64,000 nt of DNA. Source: Malacoraja senta (lineage: Eukaryota). Below are positions 38,880 through 52,408 of the stretch, in pieces. The notes beneath the pieces are model-generated. The model was not told the origin of the DNA. It searched no databases and was given only the letters and a program-made list of their open reading frames with translations. The translations under genes were made by a program, and so were the position numbers. Position 1 is the first letter of the stretch. Each line of letters opens with the position of its first letter. The stretch spans positions 11,596,001 to 11,660,000 of the forward strand of contig CM075991.1 in assembly GCA_038087875.1 (NCBI GenBank). Direction: 5' to 3'.

Positions 38880-39185
38880 GGGTGGCACAGTGACGCAGCG
38901 GTAGTTACTGCCTTACAGCGCCAGAGACCCGGGTTAGATCCTGACTGCGGATGCTGTCTGTACGGAGTTTGTACATTCTCCCGTGACCTGTGTGGGTTTT
39001 CTCTGAGATCTTCGGTTTCCTCCCTCACGCCAAAGACGTCTAATTGGCTTGATATAAATGTATAAATATATCAATGTAAAAATGTCCCCAGTGTGTGTAG
39101 GATAGTGTTAATGTGCGGGGATCGCTGGCCGGTGCAGACCTGGTGGGCTGAAGGGCCTGTTTCCGCGCTGTATCTCCAAACTAAA
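38880..39185 (+). mobile_element. V-SINE (HE1-like), near full length
   Basis: tRNA-like head, shared body and AAACT tail. Confidence 0.8.
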
Positions 39186-40214
39186 CAGTATGTAGTTTAC
39201 AGTATGTAGAATGATTGATGTAGAAAATGGACGTTTTCTGACTTGGAGAAATTGGCTACGGACGGTTCCCAGGAATGATACCTGGAAGTAACCCGGTGAC
39301 GATCGGCACTGTGGTTAGACCACATTTGCAGCACCATGCACAGTTCTAGTCTCTCTACTACAGAATGAATCGTAAGATGCTGAAAGGGATTGTGGAATTC
39401 AGAGGTTGTATAACGGCTGGGGTGCTCTGGTTACCACCTTGGTTGGCTCATTGTAATACAATTCCATTTGTTTGGAAGCCCAGAATTATTGGTAATATAA
39501 ATCCAATCAGGGATTCAGGAGAAAAGTCGACCCAGAGAGGTGTGAACTCTCTGCATTCACTCCATGAATTAATAAGCATAAAGCAGATTACATTGAAGGC
39601 AAAGCTTGCTAAGCACGGTAGATGTGGCGATAGGGTGAGATGAAGGGGGACGAGGAGGCGTGTGGACAGTTTCAACTCTGTAGGAAGGAACGGCAGTTGC
39701 TGGTTTAAACCGAAAACAGAGACTAAATGCTGGGGTAACTCAGCGGGACAGGCAGCATCTCTGCAGAGAAGGAATGGGCGGCTTTTCGGGTCGAGACCCT
39801 TCTTCAGACAGATGTCCGAATGACTCTTCTCCAGTCCGAAGAAGGGTCTCGACCCGAAACGTCACCCATTCCTTCTCTCCAGTGATGCTGCCTGTCCCGC
39901 TGAGTTACACCAGCCATTTGTGTGTATCGACAGTTTAAACTCTGGTGGATACGTCTAAGGAAATGTCTGATGCAGAGCGAGTGGTCTGGTTTGTGTGATT
40001 TAGCCCGAGGCTGAGACACAAGTGAGGTCCCACAAGGTCCTGCATTTACAGCATTGCAAGTGACAGCAATACACAACCGTCGGTCTCCGATTACACACAT
40101 CACATGAGAGAGCTCGCGGGTTTAGTAACTAACGTCATGCATCTCATCCCGAACCCTTTGTTGATTGTTTCGCTACCCCAGGCACAGTGAAAACGGAGAA
40201 GAGGCGATGCCAAC

Positions 40215-40307
40215 CTGGGGACTGTGGCTGGGCTGATGAGCGGACAGGCGAGGGAGGGGATTCTAGCTGCTGGCTCCGGGACTGCAGGAAAGGGCTCTTC
40301 AACTTGC
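40215..40307 (-). CDS. DBNL: Drebrin-like protein exon 11 (proline-rich)
   Basis: GKLKSPFLQSRSQQLESPPSPVRSSAQPQSP resembles human GKLRSPFLQ; the donor CAG|gttggc is weak, so the 3' end is less certain. Confidence 0.82.
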
Positions 40308-40524
40308 CTGGCAGAAAAAAGCAGATAAGACACAAGCACGGACACAACAGTGAGCAGCGCTGTCACGACACCGCACAAGGCAACACGGCAGGAGACTCCA
40401 AGCCAGCGGCCGCACGCTGCAGGCCTGCACTGTGAAGGAAGAAGTTAAAAGCAGCACCAATCACCTTCTAGTGTTCAAAATTACACACCAAATAAAAGTC
40501 CACAATATTTGATAAGTCTGATTT

Positions 40525-40815
40525 TTAAGAATAAGGAGTAAGCCATTTAGAACGGAGACGAGGAAACACTTTTTCTCACAGAGAGTAGTGAGTCTGTGGA
40601 ATTCTCTGCCTCAGAGGGCGGTGGAGGCAGGTTCTCTGGATGCTTTCAAGAGAGAGCTAGATAGGGCTCTTAAAAATAGCAGAGTCAGGGGATATGGGGA
40701 GAAGGAAGGAATGGGGTACTGATTGTGGATGATCAGCCATGATCACATTGAATGGCGGTGCTGGCTCGAAGGGCCAAATGGCCTACTCCTGCACCTATTG
40801 TCTATTGTCTATTGA
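40525..40815 (+). mobile_element. CR1-type LINE 3' end
   Basis: Shared CR1 3' UTR and (CTATTGT)n tail. Confidence 0.8.
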
Positions 40816-43104
40816 TGCAAGCTGACCAGATGCAGCAACACTGAGCTTATTACTTTATTAAAATACATAGGGCAGGCCCAATATTTACTGCTGATCTTCA
40901 ATGGCAGCTGGTTCTGGTGGTGATCCACCTTGAATCATGGTGGTCTTTGTTGGGAAGGGGCTCTCACACTGCAGTTATGCAAGCCCAGGGTTTAGACCGG
41001 GCGGACAGTGGAGGAATGGAGATATATTTCGAGGAGTATTGCTTATAGATGGTAGGAGTCGCATGCATCAGCTGTCCTTATCGCCACGCAACCAGGTAAT
41101 GGAGAGGCATAGAGTGACACAGCGTGGAAACAGGCCCTTCGGACCAACTTGCCCACACCAGCCAAAATATCCCAGCGCCACTAGTCCCACCTGCCAGCAT
41201 TTGGTCCATATCCTTCCAAACCTGTCCTATCCATGTACCTAACTGCTTCTTAAATGTTGGGAAAGTCTCAGCCTCAACTACCTCCTCCGGCAGCTCGTTC
41301 CATACACCCACCACCCTTTGTGTGGGAAATGTTACCCCTCAGATTCCTATTAAATCTTTTCCCAAGAGGGAGAGGGGATAAATGAACTTCAGGACAGTGG
41401 ATTGGAAGGGCAGTACCAGCTTGGGTGCCAGTGTTTCAGCCTGAAGGGCTACTTGTGCTTTCAACCCAGCAGAGAGCAGCAAGAAACGTCAGTGCAGGCG
41501 CAAGGAGAGTCTAGAACTAGAGGTCATCTCGTCAGAATTAAAGGACGTTCTTTTAGGAAGGAGGCGAGGAGAAATTTCTTTAATCATAGGGTGGTGAATC
41601 TGTGGAATTCTTTGCCACAGAAGGCTGTAGAGGCCAAGACAATGGATATTTCTACGGCAGAGATAGATTTTTGATTAGTACAGGTGTCAGGGGTTATGGG
41701 GAGAAGGCAGGAGAACGGGGTTCAGAGGGAGAGATAGATCAGCCATGATTGAATGGCGGAGTAGACTTGATGGGCCGAATGGCCTAATTCTACTCCTATT
41801 CCTTACGACGTTAAGGGACAAACGAGGAAAGATTGCGTTGATAACCAGTAAATCTGAAGTAAATGAGGCGCTTGGACATTGCACCAACTAACCAGATAAC
41901 AAGCCAAGTTGCAACCACATCCTGCCTAGTGTCTCAATTGCACGGTGAAATTAGCAGAGCTACAACTGAGTAGTTTAATCTTTTTCCTCCAGCGCAGATA
42001 AGACTCTGTATTTATGGAACGCGGTCATGAGAACAGTGCCATTTGCCGCAGCCCTCAGCCCTGAAGCAAGCAGCTCAGTGCAAATTGCGTTAATGTAACA
42101 GTGCATGACTTGCAAACCTCAGTGTTCTCTGTGCAACAGGACATCCTCGGCAGCTGTGGCGTCAGAGAGCATGAAGCGGGGCAGAAGCCTTTCTAGGTAC
42201 GCTGACGCCCGACTCCATAAGTTTCCAGATCAGTGGTCAAAATATCAAAGACGTATTAAGCTGCTTGTACACAGCGAGATGCACTAGGATGTGAGTGTCG
42301 TTCCAAACAAGAAGGGGTTTAGGTGGGGATAAACCCGTTACCCCTGGTGCAAAGGTGGTCAACGTGACTTTAAGGGAAAACATCCATAAAAATATCCACT
42401 GACATGGCCTCCACACCATTCTGTGGCAAAGATTTCCACAGATTCACCACCCTCTGACTAAAGAAATTTATTCTCATCTCCTTCCTAAAGGAACGTCCTT
42501 TAATTCTGAGGCTGTGACCTCTAGTCCTAGACTCTCCCATGAGTGGAAACATCCTCTCCACATCCACTCTATCCAAGCCTTTCACTATTCGGTACATTTC
42601 AATGAGGTCCCCCCTCATTGTTCTAAACTCCAGCGACTACAGACCCAGTCTCTCAAACACTCATCACATATTATTTAACCCATTCATTCCTGTTCCCTCT
42701 CCATTACCAGGCCTTGTGCTCACACTAATTCACATGGGATCTTGAGGTCTTGACCCGCTCACGCTCCTGGAACAGGAGGGCAGTGGATCTGCTCACTTGT
42801 AGCTAAACACTGCGACAGCAAAAGTTGCTGGACTGTTGCAACTGTGCAGCTCAGGACTGTTGCAACTGTTATCATTACCTTTGCAGCTTTAGTCAACTCA
42901 AACAGCAGGTTGGAACGTTATTCTGGGTCGTGAGGGTTCAGGACTGTACAATGTCACATTCAGGAACTGTAACCACTACACATAGGCTTATCCCTTCTGC
43001 CTATGAAACGTGTTGCATGCATTCAGGCGGTGGGATAGCAGGAGGGGGGGCGGTGGGATAGCGGGGGGGGGGGGGGGGGGGGAGGTCTGGTCCTTCTCCA
43101 TTAC

Positions 43105-43216
43105 CTGGCTGTGTGCTCGCATTGAACAAAGACGGGTCTGCCAACTTGCCACGTTCACGATCCTTGAACAGCTCCTTGGGGTTCATTGATCTCTGGGCGA
43201 TGATTGAAGCTGCCTC
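43105..43216 (-). CDS. DBNL: Drebrin-like protein exon 10
   Basis: EAASIIAQRSMNPKELFKDRERGKLADPSLFNASTQPG resembles human HPREIFKQKER...SPQPG; phase 0-1. Confidence 0.9.
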
Positions 43217-43264
43217 CTGTAGAGAGAGCAGTAGTAAGTGGAGAACGCAGACGTCAGCAAGCAG

Positions 43265-43755
43265 GTGTGTGTGCGTGCGTGCGCCTGTGTGTGTGTGTGT
43301 GCGCCTGTGTGTGTGTGTGCGCGCCTGTGTGTGTGTGTGCGCGCCTGTGTGTGTGCGCGCCTGTGTGTGTGTGTGTGCGCGCCTGTGTGTGTGTGTGTGT
43401 GTGCACGCCTGTGTGTGTGCGCGCCTGTGTGTGTGCGCGCCTGTGTGTGTGTGTGTGTGTGTGTGCGCCTGTGTGTGTGCGCGCCTGTGTGTGTGTGTGT
43501 GTGTGTGTGCGCCTGTGTGTGTGTGTGCGCGCGCCTGTGTGTGTGTGTGTGCGCCTGTGTGTGTGTGTGTGTGTGCGCGCCTGTGTGTGTGTGTGTGCGT
43601 GCGCGTGGTCATGTGTGTGTGTGTGTGTGTGTGCGCCCCTGTGTGTGTGTGTGTGTGTGTGCGCGCGCCTGTGTGTGTGTGTGTGCGTGCGCGTGCTCCT
43701 GTGTGTGTGTGTGTGTGTGCGTGCCTGTGTGTGTGTGTGTGTGCGTGCCATGTGT
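43265..43755. repeat. (GT)n-GCGCCT compound microsatellite
   Basis: Directly visible alternating purine-pyrimidine array. Confidence 0.97.
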
Positions 43756-44245
43756 ATGACTCAGCCTGCCTCCCCACCCTGGCAAGTACCTGCCCATTTA
43801 AACAAAAATACTACCCATGTTTAATCTATGTTCTCTTACGTTCCAGGTTGTAAATAATCTCCTATGGGGCTCTGACATACATTTACAGTCAGTCGGAACA
43901 ACTGAAGGTAGACACAAAATGCTGGAGTAACTCAGTGGGACAGGCAGCATCTCTGGATAGAAGGAATAGGTGACGTTTTGGGTCAAGAGTAAGGTGTGAA
44001 AACAAGACCAATAGAGATAGGGTTCAAGGAGAATGTTAGCTGGGAGAAGGTGACAACAAAGAATTTTAATCTAGGGGACAGTCAGACTGGTTGGAGAACT
44101 AGGAAGGGGGAGGGATGGAGAGAGAGGGAAAGCAATGGCAGTTGCTCCTTGCCATTCAATTCCCTGTGTGTTAAGTACCCCACATCCTCTTTGAATGAAA
44201 GACAGCACTGTAGCCCATGCAGATACATGCTAATGGTCAGCATAC

Positions 44246-44320
44246 CGACGCCTTTTCAATGGACTGGCTTCTCTTGAACCCCTTGCGCATCTCTGCTTGA
44301 TATTCCTGCTCTTGTTCATT
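44246..44320 (-). CDS. DBNL: Drebrin-like protein exon 9
   Basis: ttttgcag|NEQEQEYQAEMRKGFKRSQSIEKAS|gtatg; 75 bp, phase 0-0. Confidence 0.85.
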
Positions 44321-44949
44321 CTGCAAAACAACCCATTCACGCAGTTAGCGGCAGCACAGTACTCGGGACACCCATGAAGGAAACTACTGACAAGCTGCCA
44401 GAGGAGGTAGATGAGGCTGGGACTATCCCAACGTTTAAGAAACAGTTAGACAGGAACATGGACAGGACAGGTTTGGAGGGATATGGACCAAACGCAGGCA
44501 GGTGGGAGTAGGGTAGCTGGGACATGTTGGTCGGCATGGGCAAGTTGGGCCGAAGGGCCTGTTTCCACACTGGATCACTCTATGACTCTAAGCCCTGGGA
44601 GTGCAGGGGATTACTCTGTTCCTAGCCCATCTGGTACCTGTCCTACGAATTTTTAATAAGTGTCAAGAGAATTGTACTCTCTCAGCAGGGCTGCCCCTGC
44701 CCAAGGAGCGTTTCATGGGGCAGCTTAGAGAAATATTCCGTTTTTCTAAGCCACACTCTACCTCACCTTGGGATGATTTACTGAAGAGTGTTAAGGAAGC
44801 ATTAGAAATTTGAATGCAAAACAAAGTTTATATTTTGTACCCTAGCAATGTATTACATGGACTGGCCTTTTCAAGTCAGTCTGACGTTCAGCGCGCACGA
44901 GCTACAGAGAGGGACGTCAACGTTTACAGTTACACAGATGAGTTCTCAC

Positions 44950-45004
44950 CCAGCGCTGTTTCTCATTATCCCTGCTTACAGAGTCTTGTTTCTTCTGGAA
45001 CTGC
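44950..45004 (-). CDS. DBNL: Drebrin-like protein exon 8
   Basis: cgcag|G QFQKKQDSVSRDNEKQRW|gtgag; 55 bp, phase 2-0, which bridges exons 7 and 9. Confidence 0.85.
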
Positions 45005-47194
45005 CTGCGACAGATGGATAAAAACAGAGTGAATTCAAAGATGAATTGAAAATGCAGTCTGTTGAGGGCGTAATCTTTTTATGAATCATTACGGAGGTGT
45101 TCCATAACCCATATTAAACACACCAACACCCAATGCAAGCAAGTTGTACCCAGACCCATGAAGCTGCTCAGACATTGTTAACATTACATAGAAACATGGA
45201 AAATAGGTGCAGGAGGAGGCCATTCGTTGGTATTTTGTTGGTTCACATGCTTGATCAATGGTATTTTATCATTAATGTTTTATTATTATTAATGTTTAGT
45301 GTTTTCTGAGGCATTCGTAACTGTCACTGTATGTCATGTTGTTACTTGTGGGTGGAGCACCAAGGCAAATTCCCTGTATGTGAATACTTGGCCAATAAAC
45401 TTACTTACTTATTTGGCCCTTCGAGCCAGCACCGCCATTTATTGTGATCATGGCTGATCATCCACAATCAGTAACCCGTGCCTGCCTTCTCCCCATATCC
45501 CTTGATTCCACTAGACCCTAGAGCTCTATCTAACTCTCTTTTAAATTCATCCACTGAATAGGCCTCCACCGCCTTCTGGGGCAGAGAATTCCACAAATTC
45601 ACAACTCTCTGGGTGAAAAAAAGTTTTTTTCCATTGTCAGTTTTAAATGGCCTCCCCTTTATTCTTAGACTGTGGCCCCTGATTCTAGACTCCCCCAACG
45701 TTGGGAACATTTTTCCTGCATTACGGCAGGAAACCCACAGTAAGTACAATTATTGTAATATTTGCAACTCCTTAAAACACCAACAGCACAACACTGAGAC
45801 AATAAGCAGGAGTATCAACTTGAAGTAGCGGTCCAAAGTTTATGCTGCATGAAACTACAATCAGGTCATCTAATTTGAGGGAGTTCAAACCAATTCCACA
45901 TAATGTTGGAAGGAACTGCAGATGCTGGTTACACTGTAGACACAAAATGCTGGAGTAATTCAGCGGGACAGGCAGCATCTCTGGAGAGAAGGAAAGGGTG
46001 ACGTTTCAGGTTGAGACATCACCCATTCCTTCTATCCAGAGATGCTGCCTGCCCCGTTGAGTTACTCCATCATTTTGTATCAATCAACTCCACATGGTGT
46101 TTGATGGAGTTGAGGGAGAGGTTTACTCTTTCAAACCTGCCCTAGGGATTTTTAATAGGAAGTGTCCAGAGAGTTTAACTATCTCTTCAGTGCTGCCGCT
46201 CCCCTGCCCTGTGGCTGTTAGATGGGACAGTTTAGAGAGATATTCTGCTGTTTTTAGCCATCCTGTACCTTAGCTTGGGGCAATTTATAAGCACAGTGTG
46301 ATGGAAGCAATACAACATTTGCAACTCATCAGGGTAGATGTTTTAATGAGCACACTGTCGCACACTAGTTGGAAACGACACCATTTCTTCCAGTAAGCCT
46401 CGGAATATACTCTTCTGGGAACAGAATGGCAGGGATTTGCTAACTGAATTCCACTGAAGACCTGTGATCTATGCTTAGCTGAAAGAGACAAAAGTTGAGG
46501 AAGATTACCAGTGCTAGCTCGGGTATTTCAATGTCACTACTTTGGGTTTCCACATCCGAATCAGTCGCACATTAATGGCGTGGTTGCAATGCATCGTGAT
46601 ATAGAGTAAATGCTTCTTCCATATGTAAGACATGGGGCCATTGTAAATAAAAAAATAGATCCAGTAAGGGATTCAAGGCTTATTCACACAGAGGGTGGTG
46701 GGAACATGGAACAAGCTGCCAGAGGAGGTGATAGAGGCAGGTACAGTAATGACATTTAAAAATACACTTGGAAAGGTACATGGTTAGGAAAGATTTGGTG
46801 GAAGCATCATCAAGGACCCACACCATCCTGGCCACACACTCATCTCCCTGCAACCTTCAGGTAGAAGGTACAGGAGCCTGAAGACTGCAATGACCAGGTT
46901 CAGGAATAGCTACTTCCCCACAGCCATCAGGTTATTAAACCTGGCTCGGACAAAACTCTGATCATTAATAACCCATTATCTGTTATCTGCACTTTATCAG
47001 TTTATTTATTCATGTGTGCATATATTTATATTATGGTATATGGACACACTGATCTGATCTGTAGTAAATGCCTACTATGTTCTGTGTGCTGAAGCAAAGC
47101 AAGAATTTCATTGTCCTATCAGGGACACATGACAATAAACTCACTTGAACTTGAACATGGACCAAGTGCAGGTAAGTGGGATTAGCTAGATTAA

Positions 47195-47485
47195 GCACGG
47201 TGGCGCAGCAGTTGAGTTGCTGCCTTACAGACCCGGGTTCGATCCCAACTACGTGTACTTGTCTGTACGGAGTTTGTACGTTCTCCCCGTGACCACGTGG
47301 GTTTTCTCCGAGATCTTCGCTTTCCTCCCACACTCCAAAGACGTGCAGGTTTGCAGGTCAATTGGCTTGGTGTAAATGTAAATTGCCCCTAGTGTGCGTA
47401 GGATAGTGTTAGTGTGCGGGGATCGCTGGTCCTTGCGGACGTGGTGGGGCGAAGGGCCTGTTTCCGCGCTGTATCTCTTCACTAA
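47195..47485 (+). mobile_element. V-SINE (HE1-like)
   Basis: GCACGGTGGCGCAGC A box and GGTTCGATCC B box. Confidence 0.8.
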
Positions 47486-47572
47486 ATAACATGTCCTGCA
47501 GTCCCTGACCCGGTCCGTACCCAAACACAGCACCACTCGGAGAAAGAATGGACACAGGGAAACAACACTCAC

Positions 47573-47724
47573 TTCTGCTGGTCAATCTGACTTGACTTAT
47601 CTCTATATTTCTGCTCCCTCGTCTCAGATTCTCGACGCTCCCTCTCCTTCCGCTCCTGCTCCAAGCCTTCATGTTCTTGTGCCCTCCTCTTCTTGTCTTC
47701 TTCCCTTCGCTTCGCCTCATCTTT
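47573..47724 (-). CDS. DBNL: Drebrin-like protein exon 7 (charged coiled coil)
   Basis: KDEAKRREEDKKRRAQEHEGLEQERKERERRESETREQKYRDKSSQIDQQK; AG/GT ends, phase 0-2. Confidence 0.93.
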
Positions 47725-47924
47725 CTGATGGGAAAGGGACTCGCCGTCAGTGTGGGAATGCGACGTGGAAAATCGGAAACACGCCCCCCCCCAAGTTTCG
47801 ACGATACTCCTGCAGGACCCAACTCTGTGGGGCCAGGAAGCAGCAGTCCCTAGCTCACGGCATGTGGGGAGAGACTGCGGAGAACTGGGGATACAGCAAC
47901 ACACAAGGAATGTGGGGGGAGATT

Positions 47925-48390
47925 ACAGGAATGATACTAGCGATGAGTGGGTTACCACATAATGAGCACATGACGGCACTGGGCCTGTACTCGCTGGAGT
48001 TCAGAAGGATGAGGGGACACCTCGTTGAAACTTACCGAATAGTGAAAGACTTGGATAGAGTGGATGTGGAGAGGATGTTTCCACTAGTGGGAGAGTCTAG
48101 GACTAGAGGTCAAAGCCTCAGAATTAAAGGACGTTCCTTTAGGAAGGAGATGAGGAGGAGATTATTTAGTCAGAGGGCGGTGAATCTGTGGAATTCTTTC
48201 CCACAGAAGGTTGTGGAGGTCGTCAATGGATATATTTAAGGCAGAGATAGATAGATTCTTGATTAGTACGGGTATCAGGGGTTATGGGGAGAAGGCAGGA
48301 GAATGGGGTTACGAGGGAGAGATAGATCATCCCTGATTGAGTGGTGGAGTAGGCTTGATGGGCCAAATAACCTAATTCTGCTCCGATCAC
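47925..48390 (+). mobile_element. CR1-type LINE 3' fragment
   Basis: ALGLYSLEFRRMRGHLVETYRIVKDLDRVDVERMFPLVGESRTRG motif. Confidence 0.85.
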
Positions 48391-49381
48391 CTTTGTACAT
48401 GAAATTGTGCAGGACTGGTGATACAGCAGCACACAAGGAATGGGGGGGGGAGACAGTCGAGGACTGATGATACGGCACCCCGCAATGAGAATGTCCGAGC
48501 TAGTCCAGGGGCAGAGAGTTTGGATCTTCTCCCCACATAGCACACTCTATGTATGGGTGTCAGGGGTTACGGGGAGAGTGAATGAATACTTTATTGTCAC
48601 ATTTGACAAGTCACTGTAAAATTCTTTCCTTGCAAACCCAAGGCATACAAATAGCTGCCCATAAAGGGCACTGACAAAGCTCTGAGCTCAGCAGAAGGCA
48701 GGAGAATGGGGTTGGGAGGGAGAGAATGATCAGCCATGACTGGATGGCGGAGTAGACTTGATGAGCCGAATGGCCTAATTCTGCTCCTATTATTTACAAC
48801 CTTACACCGCTCCTGGGCAGACAGCACGGGTGGCTCAACATCGCTGTCTCAGATCATGAGCAGCATTGATCAACGTTTTTGTGCTTGTCAGCATTTCTAG
48901 CGAGGCTGTCATTTACTGCTCATTCCTCCGTGCTGCACTGATCATTTCTTCAGCGTTGCTGTGATTTCATGCTCACTGACTTGCAAATGGTAGGTCTGGG
49001 CTCAAACAGGCCAAGACCAGGTAGGTACTTTCCTTGAAACACATCCAGAGTCAACTCTGGGATCCTATAACCAAAGGAGTGTTTTGCAGTCAGCTTTATC
49101 TCCATGGGGTCTCACTGTGGACACCCGATTCTCAAAGTGGCGCGGTGGGACTTCAATTGGCAACCTCAGGGTTTAGTCATTTGGACAGGTGGATGGCAGA
49201 TGTAAGCTATAATCGCTGATCACAACTCAACACAACCGGCTGAATGTATCCTTCAAAGGTATCCACTGCCGTAACTGTCACTGTATGTCATGTTGTTACT
49301 TGTGGGCGGAGCACCAAGGCAAATTCCTTGTATGTGAATACTTGGCCAATAAACTTACTTACTTACTTACTAAAGCCTCAC

Positions 49382-49459
49382 CTCCGTTTGTGCCCAGAAA
49401 CCCTCCTTGTTCACGTTTCGGATTTCTGACATTGCATTTGTCTTCTTATAAACTGACCC
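49382..49459 (-). CDS. DBNL: Drebrin-like protein exon 6
   Basis: GSVYKKTNAMSEIRNVNKEGFWAQTE versus human [26 protein letters not shown]; 78 bp. Confidence 0.96.
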
Positions 49460-50657
49460 CTGAGTGGAGAGAGAAGGTAATTAGTGCTGCCTGAAGATTG
49501 TGGCATTCAAATGACAGCAAGATGTGTAGCACGTGTCCTGGGTTGGGAAGGGATAGAATTTGGCCGTGAAACTCGACCTGTCAGAGCACAGCCAGATGCA
49601 ACGATGCTCTGTGGTCACACTGCATGGGCGAGGTGCTTCACAGCAGACACCCAGAATGCACGCAGCTTTCCATTGCTACTGGTAACTTTGCCTGAGGAAG
49701 TGTGCTGCATATGGGACAGGTTTCCCCATTCTAAGGCCCACTCGTGCTATACAATTATATCCTACCTGCGAGGGACAATTTACAGAATCCAATTAGCCTA
49801 CATATCTGCACATCTTTGGAGTTTGGGAGGGAACCGGAGCACTCAGATAAAACCCACACGATCACAGGGAGAACGTACAAACTCCGCACAGACAGCACCT
49901 GTAGTCAAAATTGAACCCGGGTCCCTGGCTCTGTAAGGCAGCAATTGGCTGGGACAGTGTGCCGTCTTGGTCTCTGCTCAGAACCGACAAAATACTTAGG
50001 ATTGAAGATCCCCTGCCGTCCCATCACCACACTGACACAATCCCAAACCACCTGATCACCATTCACATATCCCACCATGTTATTTAGTTTAGAATTTAAG
50101 AGGCAGCCCAGGCTTACAGCCAACGCGGAGAAGAAGCGCTAACTCCATTGCTCCGGGCCGGTGTCCCATCAGTCCAGGGTCACCCCAGACATCTCCAACT
50201 GCCCCCGGACAGAGATGGGACATTCGGGAGGGGACGGGGACGGTCCAGTAGCAATTCAACAGCGCTTGCAGCGCCGGAGACCCGGGTTCGATCCTGACTA
50301 CGGATAAAACGCAGGTCTGCATCCATGCAGCAGCACAGCTGCTGAGAATGTTTATCACGAGTGACCTTTGACAAATCCCATGATTCTTTGCGTTTTTCGG
50401 AATACCAAACTCGCTTATTGTCATATGCACCAGGAACGGATCAGTGAAATTCTTACTTGCTGCAGGTCCATTAATACAATAACAAATATATAATAATCAA
50501 TAATTCAATATTATCAGTAATACTCGGTAGCCAGATGATAATAGTGCAAAGCAAAGCATGCAATGCAACCAGAACAAAGTCCACAGCAGATCGATGCTGA
50601 GGTTGGGCTGTAGGTAGGGTTGTGCAGAGTGCTTCAACAGGCTGATGGTTGACTCAC

Positions 50658-50804
50658 CACAGGTCCCTGCGGGTTGGTATCTTGGTAGCGGGAGCTCTCC
50701 TTGTGGAAGTTGTAGTTGGCACCGGAGGCCTTGGCAATCTTGGCAATGATCTCATCTGGCTCCACATCCTCATCAGCTCGGGCATTGATGGTAACGTGAG
50801 CTCC
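50658..50804 (-). CDS. DBNL: Drebrin-like protein exon 5 (end of ADF-H domain)
   Basis: [49 protein letters not shown]; 147 bp, AG/GT ends. Confidence 0.97.
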
Positions 50805-51690
50805 CTGGGCAGCGGGGGACATTCAACAGGAAAGCATGGTCAAAGATGGTGACTAATGTCATTCCCTTATCCGAAAAAGAGCACCAGGGATAAACCAGGA
50901 AACTAACAGGCTGGTCAGCCTTACAAGAAGGAGGAAATGAATGGAAAACATTATTGGGAACCAATGATGTAGGTTAATGGGCTTCTGTAAATTATCCCTA
51001 GCGGGTAGGACAGAATCGACCTTCACTTGGAAAGGCTGAGACTGATTAGAAGTCAACACAAAGCTAGACACAACACGCTGGAGTAACTCAGCAGGTTAGG
51101 CAGCATCTCTGGGGAGAAGGAACGGGTGACATTTCGGGTTGAGACAGATTTAGACAGGAACCTGGATAGGACAGGTTTCGAGATATATATGGACCAAATG
51201 AAGACAGGTGAGAATAGTAAATATGGGGCATGTTGGTCAGTGTGAGCAAGTTGGGCCGAAGGGCCTGTTTTTAAGCTGAATAATCTATGCCTTTCTGTTT
51301 CCACGACTCTATAATCTATGCCTTTATGACTGTGGTCTCTGGAAGGTAGGATTAAGTACAAATAGCCCAGAGGGTTGCTGGATGGGAACTAGTTTCCGAG
51401 ACAAGGTGGGGCTTGGACATGGAGGGAACCGGATACAAGGCTGAGGATTCCTAAGTCAAAGCCACACTGGATTAGGATCGAAGGCATCTCAGCGAGCAGC
51501 GGGGTGGTGGGGAAATGGGATTTAGTGCAAAATAGGATGTGGGCAGCAACATTGTTAACTGGCTCAAGAGTACAGTGGGTGTCAGGTGTGGGAAGCCGGC
51601 CAGAACAGCATAGTCTGGAGGGTAAGACGTGGCTGATGGTTTCGGCAACCGGTGGGTTGGGGAAGGAGAGTGTGGAGAACTTGACCTTAC

Positions 51691-51765
51691 CTTCAGAAAG
51701 TTGCCCATAGTGCTGACATGATTGGCACACAGCCCTTTCCTGGCATCCTTCACTCCTTCGCCAGT
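51691..51765 (-). CDS. DBNL: Drebrin-like protein exon 4 (ADF-H domain)
   Basis: [25 protein letters not shown]; 75 bp, AG/GT ends. Confidence 0.97.
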
Positions 51766-52295
51766 CTAAAGACAAAGGGTCAGGTAACTAGACATGCATC
51801 TGCCGATAAACAGTCATAGTCTCTGAACTCAAACAATTGTAGCTTTATCCAGCTTACATTCCTCAGCACAGAGTTTTAAAGAGCATAGCTCTGCAGAAAC
51901 AACAGGACCTGCAGGATTTTGCTGGAGATGAACATTTTACCATGGTGAAATACTCAAATATTGGGGAATATAGATTAGGAGCAAGAAGGGACACATCCTT
52001 TCTTGGCTGCAGGATTGCCAAAACTGGTCTCAGGTTCTCGAACAGCAGAAGAGGGAAATAACTGGATGTGGGAACCATGTATCGCCAGGCTGCCTCCACT
52101 AATCAAACTACTCAGCTATGTTGTCTCTCTCTCTCTCTGAGCTCACCCTGAAACAATGGTGCAGTGTTAAGCTTTCACAGAGTGGTAAACACACAGTGCC
52201 TGCAGAAGGGAGGAGCATGATCAAGTACGGCACTCCCAAGGGTGTGGAGAGTGGTCAATGAACAGTAACTCACCCACACACAGATCAACACTTAC

Positions 52296-52408
52296 CCAGT
52301 TAATCAACACACACTTGGGCAACCCCGAATTGGGGTCTTTCACTCGGCAGAAAGCGTACATCACTTTCCCACTGTTCATTTCTTCCACCATTTCTTCCAG
52401 ACCTCCAT
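52296..52408 (-). CDS. DBNL: Drebrin-like protein exon 3 (ADF-H domain)
   Basis: [38 protein letters not shown]; 113 bp, phase 1-0. Confidence 0.98.

Noticed and set aside
47195..47250. tRNA genes at A/B-box motifs
   Set aside because: They are SINE heads that continue into the SINE body and lack a full cloverleaf.
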